Shown: positions 1-12,874, counted from the first letter of the whole stretch. The stretch is 51,389 nt of DNA, filler included, from Sphacelaria rigidula (GCA_964200075.2; 4 parts of 4 records of this genome joined end to end with filler, not necessarily neighbours in it); one strand, 5' to 3'. Notes: generated by a model not told the origin, from the letters alone. A program made the numbers and translations.

Positions 1-5
1 GGGGG

Positions 6-52
<47 letters not shown>

Positions 53-75
53 CGGCCGGCGGGGGGGGGGGGGGG
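1..75. repeat. Poly-G run at contig start
   Basis: About 75 nt of nearly pure G at the contig edge. Probably a homopolymer that broke the assembly, or a sequencing artefact. Confidence 0.9.
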
Positions 76-779
76 ATTCGACCACCTTGCTAAGCCGACT
101 CAATTTTCCGAGGTAAGACTTGAAATTTCGACACGTGATTAGATTCCCAAGATACTCACGTCTTTGCTTTCCCCCTCTTACTTTTCTCACCGACGTACCA
201 CCAAGAAATCCGACCAAGACAAAGAGAGCTGCTCGTATACCCGCGGAAGAAAACAACAACGGAGATGGCTCGGAATGTGTTGGTGAGCACCCTAAAACCC
301 ACCCAGTCAGAATTTCGAGTCCCCACCCGAAATATTTGCTGCTTGTGGCGATATTTCAAGATGTTTGCATCGACATCGCTCTTAATACACACTTTCATCT
401 CAATGCGTACCTTAGCTTTACCCTTCGAACGGCGATGATCATGGTATGATACCTTCATCGCTTTTTCGTTTTTTTGCCTCGCATGCTTGCTTAAAACAAA
501 ATCTTGGCAAATTCGGAAAAAAAAACATTTTCTTCCATGGGGAAAATTTTGAGATATCTAGCACCAAAACTTGCGGTAGAACTCACGCGTTTGTCTCAAA
601 AATGGTTTACAACTTGCTTTTAGATTGAACACCAATACCCGGATCTCGAAAGGAGCTGAAAGTCCCCAGTGCTCTCATCTTGCCCAGACGACGTTTTGAC
701 CCATAACGGCACCCGCGGCGCTAATTTTACGTCTGCCAACGCACCATTTGTCTACAGCACCGCAACCCCCTCGCCCGAG

Positions 780-2648
780 GGTTCTTGTATGCCTTGCGTT
801 GGGCTCAAGGTCAGGGTTAGTTCAAAATCATGAGTTTCTGAGAACGATGTGTCAACTATTTCGACGAATTCGTGAGTACGACTCAAATCCTGCGTGGGTG
901 AATACGACTCGAGACCTGCGACGGTGCAAAAAAGTGCAAGCACGGTGACGTGAATTTCACCACACCAACGAATCAAAGGGCGATTCCTGCCAAGCTGGAT
1001 GGTTGCGCGTGAACGCCTCAACTAGTCGATCACAATGATATGCTCAGCCTGGCCGGGCTCAGCATCCCTCACGAGATATGTGCATCCGACACAATGTGGC
1101 TCAATCCGCCGGTCGTGCTTGCATACTGCACAGATTGACGTAAACGTTACGAGCTGGGCCAGCTTAAAAACGGCTAAAACTTGCCCACACCGCAGCTTTC
1201 ATAGTTTCCCGAATGAACCCGATGAAAGCATATCACTGCGAAGTGCAGATCCACCTGATGACAAAGGACTGCGTCGCTGTTCGATTGGCATCGTATTGCC
1301 ATGACGTTATTGTACGGCATAGAGTACGGGGTGCGTCTGATATCGTTGGGCGATAGCGTGTCGGAGTGCGTTTTTACGCCGTGCTTCGCCTGAGCGAGAA
1401 AACTACCCACTATTGGCTGGCCCAGCTCGGAGGGTCCAACCCAAGAAGAACTCAGTATTCCGACGTTGTAAAGCAGGAGTGATATCGAGCTGTACTTGCC
1501 TCACACGTCTCACGATGACTACGTATTGGACACAGGGGGTGCATGGATAGGAAGCATGTTTTCATGCGCCGAAGAAGGTGTGTCCTATAAAGGGCCAACA
1601 TCACATACCGGACTACTTCATGTGGGGGCAACGAGCGGGCCGTACATTGCCTTGGATGGCACAAGCGCAATCGTATAGACCACGTTCTGTCATACCGAGA
1701 AGCCCTCCCGAGGACAGGGTGCGAGAGTATTGAGACGACGGTGAGGAAGAGGAGACCCCGCTTCGCCGGTTTCGCCACGCGCATGTCACGCGGACGGATA
1801 CCGAAACGTCATGTTCGGTGAAATTATAGTCGTAAGGGGGCAACAAGGAGAGTTTAACTGCAGGCACAAGGCCTGGATCCGCTGCCTAGGGGAAGACATG
1901 AAAGCGTTCGGTATCGAATGGCAGGGATGGACTACCAGAGCCTTGAACGCAACAGGGAGGCACAGCTGTGTTGAACAGGGAGCAGAAAGGTTGATGGCGG
2001 ACTGGTGCCAAAAGGATGACGCAGAGGCAGCGATACGGCACGCGAAAGCTGCAGAACAAGATGCTCTGACAGCACCTGCGACCGATAGTACCAACACCCA
2101 CTCATCATAGCCTACGCCAGATACATAGAGAGCATTGTGTTTGGTTCCTATCTCTGATTTGTTCATCTCTTGTTAATGGTAGTTTCTTGTCTGTTTTCTG
2201 TGTTGCCTGTGCACCCCCCCCCCCCTGTCCCCCAACCCCTTCTCCCCCGGAAACGAGCCTGGCTCTGTCTTTTTGTCTCTTGTATTCCTTTTTTTACGTG
2301 TTATTTTCCTATTTTGTTTTCATTTCTTTCATTTTTCTCCATTTCGTTTCTATTTCTGACCACGAGCTGGATTGTCGCAATCAGCTACGTAATGCGAGAT
2401 AATCATCTCGTTTCGTTGTGTTTGTGTTTGTGTGTGTTGTTATCGTTGTTGTTGTTGTCGCTGATTCCTTCCTTCTTTCCTTTGTGTGGCTGTTGCTCCT
2501 GTCTTTGTCTGTTCCTTTCCTTCCTTCTTTTTCTGCTCCTGTTTTGCTGCTCCTAACCTCGAGCAGGATTGTTGCAATCAGCTAACGTGAAATATACAAT
2601 CAGTCAGTCAGTCAATCAATCAATCAACCAACCAATCAACCAATCAAC
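780..2648 (+). mobile_element. Degenerate, 5'-truncated RTE-clade non-LTR retrotransposon (LINE)
   Basis: Frameshifted RTE-like peptides: 'TLLYG' (~1300), 'CLGWHKRNRIDHVLSYREALPRTGCESIETTVRKRRPRFAGF..RM...RIPKR' (~1650-1810) and 'MFGEI..WIRCLGEDMKAFGIEWQGWTTRA..VEQGAERLMADW' (1811-2110). These are followed by a T-rich 3' UTR and a (CAAT/CAGT)n tail at ~2597-2648. The 5' limit is approximate. Confidence 0.8.
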
Positions 2649-2938
2649 GTTACTCACATCAGGGTCTGTAACGCAGTAGCTGACGGTTTTGCTGTGATCT
2701 GGTCCGTTAAGCATGTCGACCAAGATCGTATCCTGAAAAAAAAAAAAAAAGGCGGACACGTCGGGAAAGAGGGGGAAAACATTTGGCACGGGTTGAGACG
2801 AGCACACACACCCAAGCAAGGTCGGAACATGTACTGTAGTCACTCGATGATGCCACGCACTCAAATAGCTATCACACATCACACTTTTCGAGCGACTACC
2901 TGTGGAAAGCCGACGCTTTGCTTGATCGCCATTTAACA

Positions 2939-3357
2939 CAGTGGATTCTCGAAAATGGGGTTGAAAAAACAAATGAGGTTCAACTCAAAAGCCGTGCTTT
3001 CCCTGACCTACATTAATGACAACTTACTTTCATAAGGACGACCTCATCCCTTCCGACCTCCCTACACCTATCTCGGGGAATTCTAGCTTTCCGTTCCCCC
3101 AAAGGGTATGTACGAAAGCACACTTTCGCCTCGATTTTGGGGTGAAAAATGAAAGTTTTTCGGCCCAAAAACCGTGTTTTCGCACATACCCTTTGGGGGA
3201 ACGGAAGGCTAGATACCCCCCGAAATAGTTTTAGGGGGATCGGGAGGGATGGGGTCGTCCATATGAAAGCCATTGGTCATGAATTTAGGTCAGTGAAAGC
3301 ACGGCTATTGAGTTGAACCTCATTTTGTTTTTCAACCCCATTTTCGAGAACCCACTG
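2939..3357. mobile_element. Foldback MITE with CAGTGG termini (Tc1/pogo-like)
   Basis: CAGTGGATTCTCGAAAATGGGGTTGAAAAA at the left matches the reverse complement of TTTTTCAACCCCATTTTCGAGAACCCACTG at the right. The inverted arms run about 180 bp. No intact TA target-site duplication (TSD). Confidence 0.8.
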
Positions 3358-4178
3358 TTATTTAATACTCCGAGTCACGGTAGTGAGAACATGAAAGTGT
3401 TAAACATGCTCGGGCAATACAAGCCGATCTGCATAAGAAGCACGTACAGATACCATCTGAACGTTTCTGGACATGTACGAGCAGTGCGGGAACACTTGGA
3501 CACATATGCTTGATGCTGAGAGCAAGACGAACGCGATACCGAGGTCATACCCGCGCTGCAAGGTGCTACAATAATACGATGGAAAAGGGATACCACAACC
3601 ATCTGAACTACATTCGGGTATTTTACTACTACAAGCGTGGGAACAATGCCATTTTCCATTTCAGGATTTGAGCAATGCCACGGTAGGGGTGCACTTTGTT
3701 TTTTAGGCTCTTTCCTGTGCGGGGATTTTTTAGATTCCAGTAGGTGTCCTGTACTTCAATCGATCTTATACGGATTTATCGTAGTGTAGGTGCCTTTTTT
3801 CGTGTAGATATTTTGTTTCTTGTCTTCCTCTGCGGGCTGTTTGCTTTATGGGTATGGGTGGTATGTGGTATGCTCCGTGCACTGTGACCACGGGTTCGAG
3901 ATATCGAGCAAATGTGACGAACATGATCATGTAGGAGCCTCTCGATGACAGATACCTGGGCCTTAGTCTGCAGCCTCAGAAACCTTTTGGACTGAAACCT
4001 GCACCCTCTACCGTGGCATCACTCACTTGAGGAGTTTCTGCTGGAACACAGGACCCCGCCCGCACACCCCCACGGCCACAAGAACCCGAAACATGACACA
4101 CAACGAGCAAGCGCTTGTGCACCGCAGTCTGGATTGAAGACCTTCGGGGTGCAGGTTTCGACAGGTGTGGGCATCATC

Positions 4179-4710
4179 CATGAGCTTGAGACAATCTGCC
4201 GCAGTCGGGCCATCCTTAACCGCAGCCCCCTTCTTGTCCTGCACGGCCTGGATTTGTGTCTTGAACTCGTGAAGTTCGAGACGTAGCTGGACCGGTGGGT
4301 GCATTCTCCGGGCAGTGTGCTCAGTCTTTGACTGTGGGTTCTCCGCTGGGGATCCAGGTTCGTCGATAGGTCGACCGCATCAGCTTCAATGAGCAGCGTG
4401 AGACCCGTTGCGACCACCAATTTCCACCGGCGGAAGGCGAAATATTCCCAAGAATACTTCGCCTTCCGCCGGTGGAAACTGGTGGTGGCAACTGCTCTTA
4501 CGCTCCTCATTGAAGCTGATGCAGTCGACCTATCGAGAAGGTTTGAGCCTCAGTGGAGAACCCACAGTCAAACATTGGGCACACTGCGAGGAGAATGCAC
4601 CCTCTGGTCCAGCTACGTCTCGAACTCGAGCGAATTCAAGAGAGGTACTCGACAAGAAGGGGGGTACGATCAAGGACGGCCTGGCTGCGGCAGATCGTTC
4701 GAAGCTCGTG
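4179..4710. repeat. Long imperfect palindrome (hairpin) with a 4-nt loop
   Basis: Arms of about 265 bp around the loop CCAA at 4448-4451. ORFs 4019..4510(-) and 4389..5003(+) give near-identical peptides (EYFAFRRWKLVVAT.LTLLIEADAVDLS). Confidence 0.9.
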
Positions 4711-7214
4711 TGGTGACTCCCGCAACTAACTGTCAAGACCCGTGCGTCATCCCGATACCCCCCACATCTATACCGAGATATGCCACTGACAGCGTTTCGC
4801 ACAGCATTTTTGAAAATAATATTTCTCAAACGCCTCCGCGAGAAACGGTGTTTGAAGGGCCATATCGCGATTTCACGTGGACGGTTTTCGCACGTGCTGT
4901 ACATGTATCAGCGGACCAGACAGCATCGCCCAGGCGGAACGAGCGGATGCGAGGGCGGTTGAGGTGTGTTGACATACTATGCTCTCTCAAATCGCAACGG
5001 TAACAGTACTGCGTGCAACGAGTGATTCCGGAATCCGTGCTGCCGCCCCTGAGGTCGATCCAGGTCGGGGACCACACGTCGACAACTCATCGATGGCACG
5101 GCGTTGTGCATTGTTTCTGCGCCATTTTTCCTGTGGCTTCTGTATTTTCGACTCCCGGCTCATGATACTTTCAATATCCACGGAAAGTATTTGCCTTGAA
5201 AACGTTGATTTTCCTATTATCTAAGTTGCAGCGGGAGACAAAAGGAAAGAGAAACGTCAAATTGCAGATGATTCTTCTGCCCAAATGATTTTTACGAAAC
5301 ACAAAACTGAAATTGTACATACGCGTACACAATATCCTTACTCGTAGAAAGGTCGTGACATTTGCTCTTTTTCCTTATTTTCAACTTAAGAGTCGAGATA
5401 TGTTGACATTCGACGGGGAAGCCATTGCTCCGATTTTCAGTTTAGAGGCAAAACACGGAAGATGCGCAAGTGTCATTATATTGTTTTTTACCTGTGCACA
5501 CGACCGAAAAATAGTTCACGTCACAACAACTATCGAATGACCATGGGGAAAACATAAAACGAGTAAAAACACAATTACATACGCGATGAGCTCCTTCAAC
5601 AGTACAACCTCTCTGTCCGTGGAGGAGCTTGCGGCGTTTAGAGCTCGGAATGAATGGCAAAAAGGCTCGAAATGAAAGGGGCACTGGCCTCGCTACTGGC
5701 TGTTTCATTGGTGTGCTGTACTCTCCGTACTGTGCTGTACGACGGTCCAGTTTGTGGTGTGGCGCGGCGTGACTACTTCCGCTTCATAAACCTGACCATG
5801 CGTAGCTGCTGTTCTTCATTATTAGGTACAGCGTCGTCCCTCGATATTGACAGTTTCATCCTCAATCCTGAGTCCGTAATTATTTTGTTTCAAGTTTACT
5901 TGGGGGGAAATTTCCATGCCCCGGTCCTCATCCCTGACCCGGAATGTTACCCCTTAGTCTACCCCCCCGTTCCCCGCAACACCCTATTTTCACCCATTCT
6001 GAGCGGGTATCGCCGACGACGACCAGCTACCAGCGTGAACAAGAGCGATCGACCGAGGGCGGCCTCGGAAGGCTTCCGGCGGGCGCGGTGCCTTGGCCGA
6101 TTACTGAGATTCCCTGCGACGATGCGACTTCAAGAACGCCTTGATTAAAGTAAATTGTCATGGCACAGCACAGACTGCATTTTGCTGCGGTATAGAGCCG
6201 CGGCGCACCGAGAGTCTAACTGACGGAAGTCCAAGTCGGTTAGGACGCAAGGTGGACGGTTCCAACCCCCGAAATATCCACTATTTTGCTCATAAGAAGC
6301 TGGCGTTTTCGTGATTGAAAACGTGAGGGCGTGGTTGGCGAAGAAGACAACGAGAGGAGATGCGGTGCGGGAGTGTTGATCCAATTTGCCTTGACAAAAT
6401 GTCAGGTATATGGCGGGGAGGAGACCTGTTAACTCCTTGAGATTGCGGAGTAGAGCTGAGGAAGGGAAGGACTTCGAAAGCACGACGAGGGAAACAGCAG
6501 AGAAAAGAAAATAGCTGGACGAGGGATATCTGTAGGTCCGAAGCAGCAAGAAAATATTTCAAGTAGATTTTTGTCATCAGTCTTCATCCATCATTCGGAA
6601 GTAGATACTTCCAGAGCAATACGCAACTCATACGTAAAAGCTGCTTTGAAATTTCATGTTCACCACCTTTTTCGAATGTTGCACGAGGACACCCGCTCCG
6701 CCTCGGGCCAATCTCTAATCGCATGCTCTCACACGTTGGACGACTGACGAGTTAACTCAGTTTTGTGATATGCCTCATTCAGGAGGGAAATGTACCGCTG
6801 AGTTGTACCGTGTAACTTAGCCAGTGAAGAAGTATATTGCTGAGTTTTCTGTTGTTAAATTCACATTAAAAGCCGTTACGATATCTGCGCAGTGCCTTCT
6901 TACTTCCGTTGTACCATATAGCCCAACCAATGCGAAGATTCACCGCTGAGTTATACAGCACAACTCATCTAATGGGTGAAGGTAACGCTGAGCAATACCG
7001 TGAACCTCAGTCAGCGAAACTAGGTACAACTCATGTATAGCTCGGCTATGTGGCTATGTTGTATAACTAACCGGAGAGTTAAGTTCATGACGTACGTTTG
7101 TACCTCACTCAAGCGGAAAGATGCAGATTGCACTGCTAGTTAGTATGGGTGAAAACACGTGACATGTTTGCCCACACACGGTAGTGTTGCTTTTTTTTCT
7201 TTGGTACCTCGGAG

Positions 7215-7589
7215 TAGGCCCCCGACCTCTAAGGCATGCCTTACTTTTTGCCTTAGAGCCCATTTTCAGAAAGGGGTTGCCTGAGAGGGGGTATGGCGCC
7301 TGAGATACCTTCTTTGGGCGAGGCGAACACATATACTACAACAAAGAATGGAAGGAAGGCATACAAATGACGACGCTAACTCCAATTAGTCCGGATACCG
7401 GGGAGGTTGTCCAAGGCAAATCTAAGGCAAATCAAATCCAGACACTAAGGCATCTCAGGCATGAATTTGACTTGTCAGGCATGGAATTGGGTGTTAGGCA
7501 TGCCTTAGTTGTTGCCTGACCCCCAATTTTTTCGCCTGCGGCCAGCCCTCATCCATTTGCCTTAGGCGCGCCTTATAGGTTAAGGCCTA
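7215..7589. mobile_element. Non-autonomous hAT element (MITE)
   Basis: Termini TAGGCC...GGCCTA with imperfect ~28-bp terminal inverted repeats (TIRs). Perfect 8-bp TSD CCTCGGAG at 7207-7214 and 7590-7597. Many internal AGGCA/TGCCT motifs. Confidence 0.85.
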
Positions 7590-7822
7590 CCTCGGAGTAG
7601 ATGTAGGCGGAACACAAAAATCAGTATCCCTGAGTTATGACGTATAACTCAGCGCTGAGCTACCCGAATATGAGTCAACTCGAGTGAACCCTTTTGGGAC
7701 TGGGTCTCTAGAACGACCAATGAGGTTGGTTAGGAATGGCGTGTCTGGCGCATGCACAAAGTAGTCGCTTTATGTTGCTGAAACTCCACGTATGTAACCG
7801 CAGGGTTAGGAGGAAAATCGAA

Positions 7823-9194
7823 AGTTTCCGGGAAAATTATAAGCGCACCTGAGTGCACCATCCAACTTCATGCGGATAATGGCAAAACACGTGCGGCCAG
7901 TCAGTGCCGCATGACCACGACCCCGACCGTGGTGCGAATTTGGTCACACTTTCAATCGGAGCCAGCACAACCAACGCAGAGTACAGTCGTACAACAGTAT
8001 CATGGTGTCCCACTCTCTCTCATCTTTCACTACTCGTCGCGTGGTCGAGTCTGCGTGACTTCCCACTGCCAGCTCGAAAACGAAAAATGCTCCGTGTTGA
8101 GTATTTCAAAACTCAAAATTATATGCTTGCTCACTTGCATCCCCCATCCGTGCATGATGCATGCTGACAAATTATGAAGGGAAAATAGCTGCGGCTTTGT
8201 GTACCCAGAGGAGCACAGAAAACCCAAGGTAGAGAGCGTGGCGTGTCCCGGAACAGACAACATCATGGCGACTACATTATGTTCCACTGTTTGTCAGCTG
8301 CACTACGCCTATCGGTATTGCCATGTGTGCCGTGCCATCTCTACAGCATTCGTCCGCTGTTTGAAAAAACACGGAGTACGTGTAACCCCGAGGGTGGGTC
8401 CTCTGTTTCCTCGGGACAATATTCACTTGAAAAATGCCCACCCTGGCGGTCAAAGGGTTCGATTTTGCAGCTGGCAGCAAGAAGGGGTCACGCCCCCTGG
8501 CGCTTTCGTGGAATCTGATCCTTCAGTAATCCCGATGGACGAAGGGAGAAAAGCAGCGGGAGGACAGATAATAAGACGACTGCACTGTTGTTTTACTTGG
8601 GCTTCCGTGCACATACATTGCCATGTGCACCGTCCTGTCTGTAGTTCATCAACTCACTTTGCTGCAGAGACGGCACGGTACTCGTGGCGGTACAGATAGG
8701 CGTAGTGCAGCTGACAAATAATAGAACATAATGTAGTCGCCATGATGTTGTCTGTTCCGGGACACGCCACGCTCTCTACCTCGGGTTTTCTGTGCTTCTC
8801 TGGGTACACAAAGAAACACCTGTTCTCCCCTCATAATTAGTTTGCCGGCATGCATCATCCATGGATGAGGGATGTAAGTAAGTGAGCAAGCATATAATTT
8901 TGAGTTTTGAAATACTCAACACGGAGCATTTTTCGTTTTTGAGCTGGCAGTGGGAAGTCACGCAGACTCGACCACGCGACGAGTAGTGAGAGATGAGAGA
9001 GAGTGGGACATCATGATACTGTTGTACTACTGTACTCTGCGTTGGTTGTGCTGGCTCCGATTGAAAGTGTAACCCAATTCGCACCACGGTCGGGGCTGTG
9101 GTCTTGCGGCACTGACTAGCCGCACGTGTTGTTGTCATTATCCGCATGAAGTTGGATGGTGCACCCGGGTGCACGTAGAATTGTCCCGGAAAGT
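7823..9194. repeat. Long inverted repeat (arms ~7823-8348 and ~8660-9194, spacer ~310 bp); foldback or MULE-like element
   Basis: The arms match along their length. ORFs 7911..8177(+) and 8776..9174(-) share 'HFQSEPAQPTQSTVVQQYH.VPLSLI.HYSSRGRVCVTSHCQL.NEKCSVLSISKLKIICLLT'. No TSD found. Confidence 0.9.
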
Positions 9195-9959
9195 CTCATC
9201 CAATCTATTTTCAGGTTCATATACAAGCTGTAATTCGGGTGTTGTGCGCATCAGGTGATGTGCAGATGTATGAAGCAGTATGAGTTGCGGTAGAGAGCTT
9301 TCAACGGGATGTGGCGACCGCCGCCCGCCAATTCTGGCTCTGGATGATACTATTGTCCCCATCACCTTGCCACACAGCCCTTTGTGGTCGGGATGGGCCA
9401 CGTTTTCCCTCTTTGTTGAAAGCGGCAAATTGTCTTCGAAGGGCATGGGCGTTGCGGCGCACATATAGCAGTACAGTACGTCTCCCTAACTGCAGCAGCA
9501 GCTGCCGTTGCATACTCCCTTACCCGTTCTGGGCAGTTCTCCGCGACGGAAATCAGCTGCCTATACACAGTTTGTTTGTTCCTATCGATTCCATATGACC
9601 TCGCTGCATGCTGTGCCGCCTCAACAGAGGGATACGCAGAACTCATGCCTCTAGCTCCGTCTCTCACTCCATGGCCTTGCTAGATTCAGTCGCCTAGTGA
9701 AGATAACCACATATTTAGAAGGGTACGCTTTCCCCGAATTTCCCCCGAGCACCCTGTGTTACTGTAGTTACCGCGTATTACCCTAAGATGATGACCCAAA
9801 GTAAACTCGGGGGAATGAGGGAAGGACCTACATAAAATGCAAGGAAATGACAGAAAAATGGGAAATAGCTACCCGACCATCGTGTTTTTTCTTGCTTCGA
9901 AGGCTTTTTTGTGGATCAGGGACAGGGTACACCCACAAACGCAGTAGTGACATCACACC

Positions 9960-10115
9960 CGGCGACAGCCCTCTCCACTGGTCGTTCGGATGTGGTCGAT
10001 AAATTTCGCCTCGTCGTGATTCGGCAGGTCGCTCCCAAACTTTTTATTAATATCTCACCAACACATGGTGAACCCCTTGTTACTGAAGATGATTCGAGGT
10101 GTCCGACTGGTACAA
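9960..10115 (-). pseudogene. Ty3/gypsy integrase core remnant
   Basis: Across frameshifts the minus strand reads 'GTPRIIFSNKG', 'KSLGATCRITT', 'YRPHPNDQ' and 'VER'. This matches the rve pattern G.P..I.SD.G...LG.....T.YHPQ.NG..ER. Confidence 0.5.
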
Positions 10116-12604
10116 GTTTTGTACCCAAAAACTTTATTGCGCCTGCACAAAAATAAACATTGCATTCTGCTCGCAGTACGAATCTGGTTGAAACACGTTA
10201 ATCAGGGGTTACAGTGTACCTTCACGTGGAGGCACGTCGTACTGTACTGCAGCATTTCTCTCTCAAACTTGATCTTCGTGCTATTCCATGACCCGAGAAT
10301 ACGTCTTCGCAATATGGCAGCCGTTCTCGTTTTTTCTTGGGGAAGAAATGGAAGCGGAAGAGAGAAGGACGGATGCTGGCTCTCTTTCCGCTCTCTCTCT
10401 CTGAACGACCTATCTCTCTTCATCCACTAACCGCAGCATATCAGTTACCGCAGGTTGTGTATTTTTCATCCGGGGATCGATCTTATTTACCGACAAGTCT
10501 CGACGACATAATTCCGACGACACAGCTTTCGGCGGCGTGGCTCTACCGCCGCAGTTCACGAGGAGACCAAGGGGGGCTTGCCATAGTCGCGGGTGATGTA
10601 CGCAGCCTACGAATGGTATATTCGTTTCGGTTTCGGTACGAAAGGTACAACGGCTCAATACTGTTACTGTACGTAGCGCCAAGTCGTCATGCGTGAAGGG
10701 TTCGCCGCAGGTGCGAGTGTCAGCTAAGGCCGGCCAGGCCGTGTGTGTTGCTTAGTCATGATTGTTATTCGTTCACCGTTGGAAAGCGTGGGGTACTTAC
10801 CGCACTGCACCCGCCGCTGCGACGTAAAAATATAAACACGCAGGTAGGCGCGGCTCGCAATATTCAGTATGTACTGTTGTTCGGTACAGTTGTTCCGCCC
10901 GTCATACTGCACAACACATGAAACAAACTAGGGCAATTTCGGAATAGTATTCAAGGCCGACGTTGACGTTACATCAGCCCATTTTGTCAGCGACTACAGC
11001 AGCGTAGGCGAATATTCCCCTCAGAGGATTTGAATCTTGCGCATACCCTTCAGCGGGGTTAGCTGTTCGGATGTTACACGTAGCTTGTGCTCCGATTTTC
11101 ATGTCACATCCCGCTCTCGACGCTCATGCGTATGCGTGTATCTTCAGGGAGGTGCATCTGTCTACAGTACAGTACGCACGATGATCGGATTTGAGCTCGC
11201 GATAACTGTGATTCATGTACTCAGCCACCTTGGATGCCGTGGCGCTACACTCTGCTTCAAGTACAGACAGCATCTCGAAACTGTCAGAGCAATCCCTATG
11301 ATCCCTTGGTATAACATCTTCCACCGCTGCATCTGTATCAAGTGGCCAAACGATGCTTGGTCCGACAAAAAAAGAGCGTTTCACGGTGCTTTGGGGCAGA
11401 ACATCAACATGATCGTGCTTGAAGGAAACTGGATATATTTTAAACCGACCGTGCGTACCTTAACGCTCAATATCTTGCTGGGTCGAAATGGAGTGCCAGT
11501 ATCAATCTCTGTACTTTCTACGCTCCCCATGCTATCGCTCGCTCCCTCTGTCTCGTTGCTTCCTCTGTGTTCCCTCAAGAAGTCGCTATAGCTGGGTACA
11601 ACAGTCGTGGCGGCCCCGAGAAAATCTTGTGTTTGAAAATGACCCCAAATGCGATAACTCTTGAATAATGAATGATGTCAGGACGAAATTATTGCGTCGG
11701 ATCATTCACGATATGATCTTTCACGGTCGTTCGCAGTTCCTGTTGCGCAGTTTTACACGCTTCATGTTCGAAATTTAAATAAGAAAATATCAATCAAAAT
11801 GATAATGATAATGATGATCTGTATATGAAAGAAACATTGATAAAACACCATGAGTTAGCATCATCAAAAAATCACATTTTTGATGTCGAGGTCCACTACG
11901 GGTCAGATCAACGTAAATGCGTCACCGATCTATCAAACAGCATCTATTATTATATCTTCTAAGGCATTTGAAGCAGTAGAGCTTGGCTAGGCGGGAACTA
12001 CCTCAGCAACAGTACTCTAATGACTATGATTAAGAGAAACATGTACTATATATGTGCAGGAATCGCCATAGCTATATCATGGGATGCCGCTCAAGCCTGG
12101 GGAGGATGGGTGAGTGCAGTTCTACTGTTCTGGTGCATTCCCAGTTATGACTACACTTTAAAGCAGTAAGTGACGATGTTTACCACCCCTGGAGTACATT
12201 TGTCAACCAGGTCTTCCTCGAGCACCAAGATACCTCGGAACGGAAAAGCGACCGTTTGGAAAATGATGGGGGGGAAGTTTCCCTTTTCTGTTGCCTCGTT
12301 TTCTCTGCTACCGTTACATTCGCGAAAATTGATATTTGAAGCAATCGTGTATTGTTCTACAAAGTAGGCATGACGAAGGGCGCGTGGGTGACGGGGTATA
12401 ACACCCCCTCCCGGGTATTTTCTGGAGAATAGCAGCTATCGTACTAGTGGTGACAAAAAAAATGAAAGCGAGGCCACATCGATAGATCTTCATACAGGGG
12501 AAACTCGAAAGCCTTATTGTCTCTGCTACCGTTACCTCAGCAAAATTGATATTCGAAACATGTGTGTATCGTTCTACGAAGCAGGTCTGGCCAACCGCTC
12601 GTGG

Positions 12605-12774
12605 GTGATGAGGTATAAGACCCACTTTTATGGCAAGCACGAATCTTGATTTTTTCAAAATCGGGGGGACAAAAAATGGGGGAACGCATTTTATGGACAC
12701 GGATTTGGATCAAGTCGGGGCCGAAAAAATCGAGATTCGTGCTTGCCATAAAAGTGGGTCTTATACCTCATCAC
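12605..12774. mobile_element. Short MITE-like inverted repeat, cut by the contig end
   Basis: GTGATGAGGTATAAGACCCACTTTTATGGCAAGCACGAATCT at 12605 has its exact reverse complement ending at 12774. Confidence 0.8.
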
Positions 12775-12874
12775 NNNNNNNNNNNNNNNNNNNNNNNNNN
12801 NNNNNNNNNNNNNNNNNNTTAATTAATTAANNNNNNNNNNNNNNNNNNNNNNNNNNNNNNNNNNNNNNNNNNNN
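12775..12874. other. Artificial contig linker 1
   Basis: N44 + TTAATTAATTAA (stops in all six frames) + N44 = 100 bp. Confidence 0.98.

Noticed and set aside
2170..2556. Hydrophobic membrane-protein ORF
   Set aside because: It is a translation of the T-rich, low-complexity LINE 3' UTR.
12819..12830. TTAATTAATTAA palindrome as a biological site
   Set aside because: It is an identical all-frame-stop linker centred in each 100-bp N gap, so it is artificial.
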